DNA from: Amphiscolops sp. MND2022
Taxonomy: Eukaryota
Length of the DNA stretch: 64,000 nt
Direction of reading: 5' to 3'
Assembly: GCA_964187785.1 (NCBI GenBank)
Contig: OZ076410.1
Span: 14,880,001-14,944,000 of the forward strand
This document shows, piece by piece, positions 1-12,873 of the stretch. The notes under the pieces are model-generated. The model was not told the DNA's origin. It searched no databases and worked only from the letters and a program-made list of their open reading frames with translations. A program made the position numbers and the translations under genes. Positions within the stretch are counted from its first letter, which is position 1, and each line of letters begins with the position of its first letter.

Positions 1-630
1 GCTTTGAATGTGTACTGGGGAGACGCTTCGCAAACTTGTATTTGCTCGGCTACTTCCCGCTCGGGCTATCTCTACTTCCTTTTCTGAGACTCGTCAGGCT
101 CTTGCCTTCTCCTCTCGGAGTTTAGCTATCTCTAGTTCTTCTGTGAATTTATCCATTTCCTCATGTTTCTTTCGGATCTCGGATTGACGTTTCTTTGCAG
201 CTAGTTAATCATCGATATCTTCTTCTTTCTCCATTGCTTCCAGTTCTAGGAGCATCACTCAGTTTGTGGTAGTTGACTTTGAACTAACTGATGTTCTGTT
301 GCCCTTCGGATGTGCCTTGCTTGCACACTGATCTCTTTCTTCAGGTAGCGAATTCACTCCATTAACACAACGATTCACAAACGAATAGGGTCCATCGATA
401 TCTTGTGCCATTTCTTCATTCGCATTCTTCTGAGGAGAAGTGTCGCGGGACTTTAGTTGTTGCTCTTGCAAATTCACCCTGGCACGGGCCATGATTCCCT
501 CCATACGATGCAACTCACTGTAGACTGGTGTATCTCCACTGTGTTTCAACAACTCATCCATCTCGGCCACAATTTCATCTCTCCTTTTGAGGGTTTCTTC
601 GTTTGTTTCTACCAATGCCTTGTTATCCTC
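1..630 (-). pseudogene. BEL/Pao gag N-terminal coiled-coil fragment, diverged relative of the ORF at 23418-26960
   Basis: Minus strand reads LLELEAMEKEEDID.LAAKKRQSEIRKKHEEMDKFTEELEIAKLREEKAR, homologous to LLELEAMKKQDEIDEQLAAARRKAEIRKKQDEMD..EELEIANLEEENAR at ~26020-26165; stops present. Confidence 0.65.
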
Positions 631-969
631 TGAGTTTTGAAACACCTTAATTTTGAAAAATACTATCGCATTCATGTTGAGGGCCCGAAGATTGCTGTTT
701 GCGAAACAACCTCTGAAACAGTCCTGACTTTGAACTCTGCATTTACAACTAAGGACAACTATTTTCAAGTTGCCCTAGACGAAGCCATTGATGCTTTCAA
801 TGCCACCCTCCTTGATTTTGGTTATACCCGAAAATTACAACGCTTTGATCCAGAAGCACATCAAGTACATCCTCCATCAAAACATCCTTTTTGGCAAACC
901 AAATAAGGACTATAAACAAAGAACCAACCTCACTTATTTCACTATTCTTCAATTTCGTCTCCTTCACTT

Positions 970-3241
970 CTGATGCTGCTGAAATTCTTCCATGATCTCG
1001 TCTTGATTTCATCAATTTCAACATGTATCTCTTCACGAACTGCTTCTCCACCTCTTCTTCACATCGCCACTACTTCACTTGCGTCGCTGCTTCCCTTCTT
1101 CGTTGTCTCTGCAGACATCGTCACTTCTCACTTCTTTGTTTTCGTCACTGCCACCATCACCCATCATCGTCACTTCAACTCTCACCCATCATCGTCACTT
1201 CAACCATCATCCATCACTTCTTAACCATCGTCCAAGACCATGTCTCCAAGTTCTTTCAAACTTCAAACTTTCATTAACTCAATATTAAACTTTCAATAAC
1301 TCGTGTAATCTTTATTTTAGTTCTTACTATTAATACACTCCCGTATAATCTCCACATTAGTATAATCCATTGAACCCTTCTAACCATAATTCTCAACTGA
1401 TGCTATCATATAATTCTTTTACACCTCATTCAATCAATTTGTAATCATTCTATTTATTCATTTTGTGATTAATACACAACTTTCACTTATCTAACCCTAT
1501 ATTGTACTCAATATATTCTTGTCCTTCTTCTTTTTACAGTACAAGACACCTTCTTCTATAACACATTTTTTACTTTTAAATTTCAACTGAAGTTTGAAGT
1601 TTGAAGTACTTTCCGAAAAGACTATTCTTCACTTTCCTGAGAAAGAAATGAACCTTTACATTTTTTGACTTCTTCACACTCTGTTCACTACCCGCCAATG
1701 TCTGTTCACAACTCATTGACAACTTTAAGAAATGTTCTTCAACTTGAAAAGTCTTCATTTGAATGCTCATTTGAGGAACACACATATTTTTTTTCAACAA
1801 AAGACGATGGAGCTTGCCGCAAGTTGTCAAACAGTAACTTGAACTACAATGTCAATCAAAATTTTTGACACAAAAACGTTGCACCGATGTGAACCGTCAA
1901 CTCCCTAAGAAGTTCAAACCGTCTTAGGTTGTTCTCACTCCTCAAGTATGGTACTCTAATATGACATGAAACACTAAACACCTTAGGTACAAAACCCAAG
2001 TTTGAAAAACAATCCTTCTGATGATACCGATAGATTTTAAATTTTTCATTCATTACATCAAGAATCTTAATATTTGTAAAAGTATAATTAAACTCATTGA
2101 CCTAATAGCATGACAGATGCCATTCTATCTAGAAGTTAATACTTCAATATTGAGTTGCTAACTAACATTTCTAATGATTTCATTATAGATGTAATCTTAT
2201 CAATTTCATCTTGTAATGATTTGAATTCTATCTAATCTAAATACTGATTGATGTACTAACTGAAACTATATACTCAGCGTAACTCGAATCTTGTAATCTG
2301 CCAGACTGTCATTCAGGAAGAAAAAGATTTCTGAGATCTCAGTCTATCTTAGTCTTATTCAGTTCAGTGAAATGAAGATAGCTATCTAGACGGTATTCCT
2401 GTTAAGTCTTGGTAAGAACTTCTTATGTGTTCAGTAAAAGAAATCAAGATAAACCTCCAACAAGTCTTCAACAGCTCAGGTGGTTTCTTCCTTTTCCTTT
2501 GTAACGGCACGGAATGAACCTCGAGTAAACATTGCTTCTTCCTTAACGGTAATATCAATGTATTGAGACTCATATTGATTTTGAGCTGAAACGCTACCGA
2601 AAATACGGTTGAAAGCCGGCTTCATGTATTTGAAACTGCAATCTGAAATTGAGCATGCGGTGAGCGCCAACTGTTTTTGCGAAGCATCTTGGTTGGCATT
2701 ATCAAGTAATTTGAATGCACGAATGGTATACGGCAGCTCTTTTATATGCCTTTTGGCGGAATTATATCGCTTTTCAAATTCAATAATCAATTCAGACCTT
2801 GACAAATTGCTTGGTCTCGAATACGAATCGAATTTTTTGTGAGTTGAATTAGCAAATCAACTTTTTCAAGTTGAATAATTTGTCAAGCTCATTTAATAAA
2901 TTGATAACTCCCATTTCTCGCTTTAAAACAGTCACATCGATTTCCATTGCACATTCTCTAGCACGACGTGACAATTGTATTGCAATTGCCAATGACCGTT
3001 TTTCTTTTGCCAAGTCCGTTAGTCCGTTCCACATACAGATTTCATTTCTCCAACTTTCATATGTTTTCCCATTGAGAGTTGGTGGGTTTTTGTAGTGAGC
3101 CATACCTCCTGCTACCACTGTTGAATATTAAACTGTATCATTGACACTTGAATAAACCCACCAACATATGAGTCTGTAAAATAACATGTGACAAAATAAT
3201 TCACACAGATCAACAAACTTAGAGAGATCAACAATTCCCTT
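970..3241 (-). mobile_element. Degenerate non-autonomous Ty1/Copia (GalEa-like) element, copy 1
   Basis: gag remnant HYKNPPTLNGKTYESWRNE...EFEKRYN...AFKLLDNA...MKPAFNRIFG; 115-bp LTR 3119-3233 (TGTTGA..TCAACA) preceded by a purine tract and followed by an iMet-type PBS TGGTAGCAGGAGG (3102-3117). No intact pol recognised. Confidence 0.7.
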
Positions 3242-3506
3242 AGAGGGAAGGTTGTCGTGACTTAACTCGACGATCCTAAATTGGTGATTCCTGTGATAAA
3301 TTAATAGGTGATGCTTTTAAAATTAATATACGATGCCTTAATCCATAAATTTTTCCTCCACTTGATGCTCTTGATGCTTGTTTCATTGAGGGGACCGTTA
3401 TTGACACTATGGAGGCTCTGCAGCTTGCAGCGTTCTGGCACCTAGCTTATCTTTTTCTAACTGCCCATGCTCCAACTCGAGCTAATTCCATTTCAAAAGA
3501 CGCTTT

Positions 3507-5758
3507 TACCATGGTCAGAGTTCTTCTATGATCTCATCTTGATTTCATTAATTTCAATATGTATCTCTCCACTAAATGATTCTCCACCTCTTCTCAACAT
3601 CGCCACTACTTCGCTTGCGTCGCTGCTCCTCTTCTTCGCTGTCTCTGAAGACATCGTCACTTCATTACCCATCGTCACTTCCTCAACCATTTCCATCGTC
3701 ACTTCATCACCCATTGTCACTTCTTTGACATCGTCACTGACAATGACTGCAGTTCATTTCAAACTTCAAACTTTACTCAATCCAATGTTAAACTTTAAAT
3801 AACTCGTATAATCTTTAGTTTAATTCTTTTTTATGAATACCCCCCGTATAACTTTCATATTAGTCTAATGCTACCGTTGTATAATCCATTGTATTCTTGT
3901 TACCATAATTATCATATGATGCGATAATGTAGTTATTATAGACCTTATTCAAAAAAACTTCTAATCATTCTATTTTTTCATTTTCTGCACAGTACACAAT
4001 TTTCACCTAAATAACCCGATATTTTACTGAATAAAATCTTGGCTTTTTCTCTTTTTACAGTACTAGACACCTTCTTCTATAACACATCTTTTTACTTAGG
4101 AATTTAAACTGAAATATGAAGTTTGAATCACTTTCTGAAAAGACTATTCTTCACTTTTTTGAGAATGGTATTAAACTTTGAAAATTTGTGACTTCTTCAC
4201 ACTCTGTTGACAACCCGCCAATGTTTGTTCACAACTCATTGACAACTTTTAGAAGTGTTCTTCAACTTGAAAAGTTTTCATTCGAATGGTCATTTGAGGA
4301 ACATACATATTTTTTCAACAAAAGCCGATGGAGCTTACCACAAGTTGTCAAACAATAACCTGAACGACAACGTCAATCAAAATTTTTGACAGAAAACGTT
4401 GCACCAATGTGAACCGTCAACTCCCTAAGAAGTTCAAACCGTCTTAGGTTGTTCTCACACCTTTAGTATGGTGCTCTAATATGACATGAAACACTAAACA
4501 CCTTTAGTACAAAAGCCAAGTTTGAAACACACTCCTTCTGAAGATACCGATTCATTTTAAATTTTTTATTCATTACATCAAGAATCTTAATATTTGTAAA
4601 AGTATAATTAAACTCCTTGACCTAATAGCATGACAGATGCCATTCTATCTATAAGTTAATACTTCAATATTGAGTTGCTAACTAACATTTCTAATGATTT
4701 CATTATAGATGTAATCTTATCAATTTCATCTTGTAATGATTTTAATTCTATCTAATCTAAATACTGATTGATTACTAACTGAAACTATATACTCAGCGTA
4801 ACTCGAATCTTGTAATCTGACAGACTGTCATTCAGGAAGGAAAAGATTTCTGAGATCTCAGTCTATCTTAGTTTTATTCAGTTCAGTGAAATGAAGATAG
4901 CTATCTGGACGGTATTCCTGTTAAGTCTTGGTAAGAACTTCTTATGTGTTCAGTAAAAGAAATCAAGATAAATCTCCAACAAGTCTTCAACAGCTCAGGT
5001 GGTTTCTTCCTTTTCCTTTGTAACGGCACGGAATGAACCTCGAGTAAACATTGCTTCTTCCTTAACGGTAATATCAATGTATTGAGACTCATATTGATTT
5101 TGAGCTGAAACGCTACCGAAAATTCGGTTGAAAGCCGGCTTCATGTATTTGAAACTGCAGTCTGAAATTGAGCATGCTATGAGCGCCAACTGTTTTTGCG
5201 AAGCATCAAGGTTGGCTTTATCAAGCAATTTGAATGCAAGTATGGTATCCGGCAGCTCTTTTATATGCCTTTTGGCGGAATTATATCGCTTTTCAAATTC
5301 AATAATGAAATCAGTCATTGACAAATCGCTTGGTCTCGAATACGAATCGAACTTTTTGTGAGCTGAATATGCTAAATCAAATTTGCCAAGTTTGAATAAT
5401 TTGTCAAGCTCAATCAGTAAATCGATAACTCCCATTTCTCGCTTTCAAACAGTCACATTGATTTCCATTGCACATTCTCTAGCACGACCTGACAACGATA
5501 TTGCAATTGCTAATGACCGTTTTTCTTTTGACAAGTCCGTTAGTTCGTTCCACATAGATTTCATTTCTCCAACTTTCATATGTTTTTCCATCGAGGGTTG
5601 GTGGGTTTTTGTAGTGAGCCATACCTCCTGCTACCACTGTTGAATATTAAACTGTATTATTGACACTTGAATAAACCCACCAACATATGAGTCTGTGAAA
5701 TAAAAAAAGATAAAATAATTTACACAGATCAACAAACTTAGAGATCAACAATTCCCTC
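3507..5758 (-). mobile_element. Degenerate Copia (GalEa-like) element, copy 2 (tandem, ~2520-bp period)
   Basis: Colinear with 970-3241; gag ORF 4995-5435; LTR 5638-5750 with the same PBS and purine tract. Confidence 0.7.
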
Positions 5759-6067
5759 AGAGGGAAGATTGTCGTGACTTTAGTCGACGATACTAAGTTG
5801 ATGATTCCTGCGATAAATTAATAGTTGATGTTTTTAAAATTAATATACGATGCCTTAATTTATAAATGCTTGCTCATGCTCCAACGCGAGCTAATTCCAT
5901 TCCAAAAGACGCTTCTACCATGGTCCCAGTTCGCACGGTCCTTTTTGAAGCACTTTCCGGTAGAAAATGATTTTTACACTTGCGATAAGCAAGTGTTATG
6001 GGAAAGTGCGGGTGCTTTTTTGCGCGCGACAACTCTCTCGTTTCAGCCCGGAAGTCGCATAGTTCAG

Positions 6068-6142
6068 GCGTTCGCGGTCTAGTGGTAAGAAGCTTGACTT
6101 TCAACCCAAAGGATTCGTGTTCGAACCCGTGTGTATGCGCCA
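6068..6142 (+). ncRNA. tRNA-Gly(TCC)-derived pseudo-tRNA / Pol III head within an interspersed repeat (other copies 12324-12398, 17698-17772, 18989-19063)
   Basis: GCGTTCG(C/T)GGTCTAGTGGTAAG..CTTG(A/C)CTTTCAA..GTTCGAACC..GCGCCA followed by a T-run; resembles animal tRNA-Gly(TCC). A and B boxes retained; T-stem and acceptor stem pair poorly. Confidence 0.65.
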
Positions 6143-6960
6143 TTTTTTTACAAATATTCCGAAGCAGAAGGTTCTCACTTTTTTGGCACTATGAGACTCC
6201 CCCCTTTTTTCGGCTTTGTGAGACCGTTTCGAAAGTTTTTTAATGCTCCCAAAGGATCCTCCCTTCAGTTTTTTTGATATTTTGCAAAAGAACAAATGTT
6301 TAAAAACCCTGAAGGGTCACTTCTTTCATACTTTTCGGCACTATGAGACTGTTAAAAATTCTCAATTTTCGTTTTCGAAAATTTTCAAAGTCTCAAGGGT
6401 TTCCATTTGATTTTTTGCAACAGAATGGACGCTAAAAATTCTGAAAAGCCCCCCCCCCTCTTTACAGTTTTCGGCATTGTGAGATTTTTCGAAATGAATA
6501 ATTTTTGACTTAAAATTAGGTTTTCTCAGGCCCAGCAGGCTATGACCGATTTTTTTTTTCAAAGACTGGTGTTTTTTATGCGACTTTTTTTCTAATTTGT
6601 TTTCATCGAAGCTCCTCAATTTTTACTAGCCTCAGTTTTTACTAGAAACGAAACGTTTTGCGAGCATAAAGGACTGCTCAAGGTTTTGGCACTGTCCGAT
6701 TTACCGGAGACCTTCAGTTAAAAATTTTCTCGGAAAATGACAATTTTTTCTTTACTTTTCTTTTTTTTTCAAAAAAATGTTTTCGGTTGAGAAAGATGGG
6801 TTTCCAGTTGGAGAAGAATAGTTTTAGAGATCTATGCGTATCCCTCCGGGTATTTTTGGCGCTGTAAAATTGATGAAGTTTTAAAAATAATTTCTTTCTA
6901 CGCTTGGTTCTCCGTATGATTTTTTTTGGTTTTCTTCAAAAGTTCGCAACTTTCTTCGCA
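6143..6960 (+). repeat. Helentron-type family 1 internal tandem subrepeats (AAAGGGTCCCCC / TTTTCGGCA(C/T)T(A/G)TGAGAC); similar tract at 19064-19837
   Basis: Recurrent subunits also seen at 10620-11160, 15995-16545, 37783-38329, 41640-41966, 52349-52892, 59380-59800 and 61415-62507. Confidence 0.7.
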
Positions 6961-7493
6961 AGTGTTTGCAAAGCACGGCTTCGCCTCTGTCTTAAAAAAC
7001 TGAAATCTTCGTTTATACGATATAAGAGGTCAATTATACGAATATATACGATATACCAAACCGTGGATTATGCGATTACATGTTATAAGAAGAATTCCTT
7101 CAAATATTATTCTCGGCATTTTCTCGGTTTTCATATTTTTTCCTTAGATACCGTTCCTAGTCCCTAAAATATCTTGAGCCAATCGCAATCCCAGTAGACC
7201 CACAGAACGAAACAAAATTAGCAGCCACCGTCTATAATCCAAACGTTGTTGACGAAAAATTGTAAAGGGTAAAGTTTCTTGAAAGCGTATCTGACCTGGA
7301 GGAGCATCGAGGCATACGTACTTGCAATGTTTTTTTTGTTCTCTGAGATACCATTGATCTCCATCATCAATCAAGTGCCATGTGTGTCATCATGTTGGGG
7401 GGGAGAAGACACACCCCTGGTCTGCATCTTGCAATAATTGGCCTTAAATATTTGATTGGGAAAATTCGGCTAAGCAATTTATCGATCAATATT

Positions 7494-10399
7494 TGACTAA
7501 TATCTCTACTTTTCAGATGAGTTTTTATGTCTGGTGGCTGGATGCAGGAATAGAGAGCAGCCAAGGTTTCGGAGCATGGATCACAAACATCAGATTAGTT
7601 CTCTTTTTCTTATTCGAAAACACAACCATGTAATTCTCAAGTTAAAGTCAGCACTGATGTTTTTGTATTAATAAAAATTATTATAGTTATTTGTTTAAAG
7701 ATGCTGATCAAATAGTTCAGAGTTTAAAGTTCTATCATAAGTAAAATAGTTTTAAGGTCAAATCTTTAAAAATTCTTTCAATCAGTTCATATGTCCTCAA
7801 CATAGGATTGTTTCAGCTATGTTACACTTCCTCTCATCGAAAAACTTCCGGCGTCTGGAAAAGAGCCACCATACAGACTGAGGAGTAGTGTAGTGAAGAT
7901 TAGAAGCTGAAATTGCCAAGTTGAGTAGTCCATTTCCCATAATTCCATTGAAACAGCCCAAGAGAAAAGTTTTGGAGAGCAGCACAAGTCCCAGTTTCAT
8001 GTAGTTGTGATAAAGTTGTATATTTCATCCAGTTCAGTCGAATATTGTAGAGCCAAAGATTACTGCATTTATAGTTTACATATACTGCAGAAGAAAATCT
8101 ATGAAAGGATTTGTTTTGATCAATCTCAATGATGAATGAATGATTGAGCTGAAGGACCGTGAAGTCATGCATGAGCTGCCTCAATATCACTTTGATCATG
8201 AACCGTTTGAGCAGGCCTAACTTGGGAGTTGCTATGTTGTACTATAATGATGAATGAAGGTTGTTGACTGATTGGCAATCTTTGGATTGGGTCGTTGCTT
8301 GTTCAAACATTGAACTTGACATTATGGGGACTTTTGACTTTGAACGTGAAAGATGATATATTGTTCCAAATTTTTTTGAAATTTATCCTCAGCATGAGAA
8401 TCTGGTTGTTTCCAATTTCATCATTGGTTTAGCTCGCACTGTTTTTTTGTTTTTATCAAGTAGGGATGGAAACAATTTCGATGCCAAATTGTATCGATGA
8501 TAAATGTACATGAAAAGCAAGTGCAATGCTGTTGATACAAGAAACACGGTTATTGTGAGCATGAATGAGACTCGGAATGGAACATATTGAATAAATTCTT
8601 TTGTTAAGGCTGGTTTCAGAAGTTTCATTTAGGATGCATATGGTCTGGCAATGTCGATCATGTGTTTGACTTCACGATTCTTTAGTCTTTTTGCTAACTG
8701 TAGCTTTACCTCCTTCAATAACTTCACTTCTACTTCAGCTTTCGATGTGTAGAACGGTAATTCTTCCAAAGGGGGGACTTCCATAACCAATGAAGCGATA
8801 GGATTAGGCAGAGAAACTTGCAAATTGATTGGTGGAATGTGAGCACAACTCGATAGATCCGACCGAATTTTGATATTGTTGGTCATGATTGGCATTCCAC
8901 ATGCTAAAGTGATGAGACATATGCGGCATCCGCGAAAAGAAGAGCCCTGAACAGATGAAGATGAAACTTCACGAAGGGTAACGGCGTGAGCGGATTGAAT
9001 TATTCAAATGCCATAGCCTGAATTTGTTGCTTGTTTGATGGCTGGCAGTTGTACAATAGTAGTATCACACACTGCAAGAGCCTCCGATGCTGTACTTGAA
9101 TACAAGGTGGCTAAACAAGACGAGTGTCCCATCTCTGTTGGAACAGACTCTGAACAGATTCGGTAACGAGATGAGCCGAGACAATGCTCAAACTGTTCAG
9201 CAGAGAGGACAGATGACTCCATGTGATCCTCCGACAAAGCTAAATATGGAGCTTCGATGTTCCATGTAAGAGCCGACTGGGGATCTTCTGGATATGGCAT
9301 AGGAATAAATTTTGCTTCATAGACAGTAAAAACCGTCTGCTTAGATGCTAGCGGGATGTCGAGGGTCATCAAAAGACCGTCGGTAACAGTTATAGCATCT
9401 GCTAAGAGATTAGAATCACTGTAAGACAGCAGATCTGACATTGGGATAGCGAGAGATAGTCTATCCTCAGCCGTCGTCTGTTGCATCGCAACACTTCTAG
9501 AATTGTCAATAACGACTCCGTCGGTACTAAGGACATAGGTAAATGACCTCTAAGTATAACAGGAATCGGATTCAAGATGTTCATTCGGAATGCAAATAAT
9601 GCCGCGCGAAAGCGTTTAATACTGGCATGTATCATGGCGAGAAGTGACGAAAGAGTGTCGAAGTTGAAGTTCAACTGCTGATTTGAAAATAGTAGCTGCT
9701 GCAGTTCCGAAGCACGTGAAATTTGAGCTCAAAAACATCAAACTGTTGTTGGATAAGTGCCCATTTTTTGTTCTGCGTATCAACAAGTTCCCTTTGGATG
9801 TCGTGAAGGGCCGCCATTTCATTTTCAACCATAAAAAATTTTTGTCCGTAGATGTTGTAAACTCGGTTACATACTGGGTTAAAACGTCCTGGAAGTCAGA
9901 TAGTTTGCGAGTGTTCTCGGCATTTGCCTTCGCATCGTCTTGACAAGAACCAAAAATGCCTTGTAGTCCACAAGAGTCGGAACTACCGAGAGCCACTCCT
10001 CCTCCAAATAGGCCAACTGCAGCAAGAGCCGCTAGTCCCACTTGGGATCCACGTCGGTGGCGAGTATTCCACTGCTGTTGAGGAGGGGAGAGAAACAGTG
10101 CTGTTTCATTACGTAGGAGAACAACATTGAGTTCCGCAGTGTGGATTTCAGTTTCTATTTGTTGTAACATCCAGGGGACATTGAACGGCGTGGAATTTGT
10201 GGAAAAGTGACTTGAAAAATCCAAGTCTTGACAAAAAACAGATGGAAGTTCCCACATTGTTGCAGAGTTTGGCCATTAAGGCCACAATATCTGGTTTAAG
10301 TGCGAAGTCATAAGTAGAATAGTTTTAAGGTCAAATATTTAAGAATTCTTTCAATCAGTTCATATGTCTTCAACATAGGATTGTTTCAGCTATGTTACA
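7494..10399 (-). mobile_element. Internally deleted env-bearing LTR retroelement (env-only), copy 1
   Basis: 91-bp direct repeat 7736-7826 / 10309-10399 starting TGTAAC on minus; purine tract GATGAGAGGAAG before the 3' LTR; ATT(TG) duplicated at both ends; empty site at 37566-37570. Confidence 0.7.
8400..10257 (-). pseudogene. env: Envelope (class I fusion-type) glycoprotein remnant, frameshifted
   Basis: Furin-type site RHRR then hydrophobic GSQVGLAALAAVGLFGGGVALG; helical region; Cys-rich CLGSSRYRICSE..SCLATLY; C-terminal TM VSFMLTITVFLVSTALHLLFMYIY. Split across ORFs 9616-10257, 9402-9674, 9004-9486, 8629-8895 and 8389-8628. Confidence 0.75.
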
Positions 10400-10590
10400 A
10401 TTTGTTCGAACAATTTTCAGGTTTGAAGTTTGACATGGTGCTGCATGAAGTCCTCCACGCCCATCCATGCAGAATAACAGCTGTTTCTGAAAGTCAATAA
10501 GAAGTTCTGATTGATAGGCACTGTTACCAATGTTTTGAATGATTAATAATGCTTGATTTCGCGGCACGCTCTAACATTATACGATTATGA
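10400..10590 (+). pseudogene. Probable hAT transposase C-terminal remnant interrupted by the env element (continuous with 7050-7493; uninterrupted copy ~37130-37760)
   Basis: STPIHAE(Q)QLFLKVNKKF resembles LSPMHLEAELFLFVNKTFW (49648 ORF) and ITPEHLEQQLFLRANRKYW (42471 ORF). Confidence 0.4.
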
Positions 10591-11404
10591 CTGTTTTTGT
10601 TTTTAAAGTTCCCATTTGTTTTTTAGTCGGCGCTTCATGAAGTGAAACCGACATTTATAGATTCATTTTTTCAATCCACACGAACTGACGAAAATAGTTC
10701 TTAAAAATTCTACAAAATATTATTGCACCAAATTGCACTATTTGGCCTAGCGAACCGAACTAAAAAGGTTTTTCCTGTTTTCCCACGTAATATACCATAC
10801 CAGGCGAGACCAAAAGGTCCCCCTTTCAATTTTTTTGGCACTGCGATACTATTTTTTGGAAAAATTTTTCCCCAAATGGTCCCCCTTCAATTTTTTTGCT
10901 GTTTTGCGACAAAATGAATGTTGAAAAACCCCAAAGTGTCCCCCCTTTCAGTTTTTCGGCATTGTGAGACTTTTTTAAAAAAATTGTTTCTCTCCAAAGG
11001 GTCCCCTTCATTTTTTTTCATATTTTACAACAGAATGGGTGTTTAAAAATCACGAAGGGACAAAAAAGTTGACAGTTTCAGACGTGTCCCTCACACGTTT
11101 AGCGCGCCACTCGGTCCACTTTTTGGTTTTTCGAGTACTGTAAAATGACACTTGGAAGTCTTTTGCTAGATGTTACATTATTGACACAAAACGAAAACTG
11201 GCTCTGAGTTATGTAATCTGCGGACAGCTTTTCTTTGTTCGAAGAAGTGAATGCATAAGGTCATTATCATTCATTTTGATCAAATTTCATTCAATTGGGA
11301 CAATCGAATCTTTATTCGAGCACCGAGTCTAGCGGATCAAAGTTCGGGCGCTTCCATTGAAAGTTTCTGAGTGTGCCTTATATCAGCAATTTGATGCAAA
11401 CCAA

Positions 11405-12240
11405 TTTTGAAGATTCACGCAGCTGGTACGATACATTGAAATCCGTCTTAAAAACTTATCGAAGTATAATTCATCCTGAATTGAGAAATCCCCTTATGAA
11501 ATGGTTTACGGAAAAAAATGAGAACGAAGTGTACAGCTCTTAAAGCAAAGCTTCTATCAAAAGAGTTTAAATAATACAAATCTTTTCCCTGGCCTATCGA
11601 CGCCGAAACAAAATCATTTCAAAGAATTCGAAGTTGGTGGTTGGGTTCGAGTAAAAGACCCGTTTCGACAAAAAGGAAAAGTGCATTACAAGTTCTTCAA
11701 GCCACAGAAAATACTTGAACAAACAAAAACTTCTGTTACTCTTGATGATGGGCGAACATGGAGTTTATCCCAAATTGCTCCTGCCTCAAATGAAAGAACT
11801 TAAGATCTCAACTACTTTGATGATCTGGAGTTGTCTACTTCGAATAATCATGCCTCCGATGTTCCAATAAGACGGTGTCCTCTCAGGTATACAACAAAAA
11901 CAAATGAATTTCGAGCGGGACAATGAAATGTTAACGTATAGTTTAATATGTTCAAAGGTTCCCACAAATGAATTGTTTTTAAAATTATGATACGATGGCC
12001 TTTTCTAAGAAATTTTCCTCCACTTGATGCACTTGATGCTTGTTAAATTGAGGGGACCGTTTTTGACACTATGGAGGCTCGGCAGCTTGCAGCGTTCTGG
12101 CACCAAGCTCATCTTTTTCTGACTGCCCGTGCTCGAACTCGAGCTAATTCCATTTCAAAAGACGCTTTCACTATGGTCCCAGTTCGAACGGTCCGTTTTT
12201 GAAGCACTTTCCGGAAGAAAAATGATTTTTACACTTGCGA
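11405..12240 (+). mobile_element. Ty3/Gypsy (Mag-like) integrase C-terminal fragment, PPT and LTR start (copies ~16780-17620 and ~17830-18915)
   Basis: VLKTYRSIIHP..SPYEMVYGKKMRTK..FEVGGWVRVKDP..QKGK..TLDDGRTWS; purine tract followed by TGTTAACG at 11929. Confidence 0.6.
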
Positions 12241-12873
12241 TAAGCTAGTGTTATGGGAAAGTGCGGGTGATTTTTTTCCTCGCGACAACTCTCTCGTTTC
12301 AGCCCGCAAGCCGCATAGTTCAGGCATTCGTGGTCTAGTGGTAAGATGCTTGCCTTTCAACCCAGAGGGTTCGTGTTCGAACCTTTGTGTATGCGCCATT
12401 TTTTAAACATTTTTTCAGAAGCAGAAGGTTCTCATAACAAACCGTGGATTATGCGATTACATGTTATAAGAAGAAATCCTTCAGATATTATTCTCGACAT
12501 TTTCTCGGTTTTCATATTTTTTTCCTTAGATACCGTTCCTAGTCCCTGGAATATCTTGAGCCAACCGCAATCGCAGTAGACCCACAGAATGAAACAAAAA
12601 TATCAGCCACCGTCTATATTCCAAACGTTGTTGACGGAAAATTGTATAGGGTAAATTTTCTTGAAAGCGTATCTGACCTGGAGGGGCCTCGAGGCATACG
12701 TACTTGCAGTGTATTCTTGTTCTCTGAGATACCATTGATCTCCATCATCAATCAAGTGCCATGTGTGTCATCATGTTGGGGGGAGAAGACACACCCCTGG
12801 TCTGCAACTTGCAATAATTGGCCTTAAATATTTGATTGGGAAAATTCGGCTAAGCAATTTATCGATTAATATT

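Noticed and set aside
6068-6142. Functional tRNA genes (four copies)
   Set aside because: T-stem and most of the acceptor stem do not pair, the anticodon region varies among copies, and they are embedded in repeats.
8400-10257. Domesticated (syncytin-like) env gene
   Set aside because: Multiple frameshifts shared by both copies and a missing N-terminus.
10800-11100. AAAGGGTCCCCC repeat-spacer pattern as CRISPR or coding sequence
   Set aside because: The spacers are themselves repeated subunits; the short ORFs (KGGPF-type peptides) are by-products of Helentron internal repeats.
12050-12100. HDV-like or hammerhead ribozyme in the conserved motif
   Set aside because: AGCCTCC resembles HDV P3/L3, but P3 mispairs in all copies and no P1/P2 or CUGAUGA core was found.
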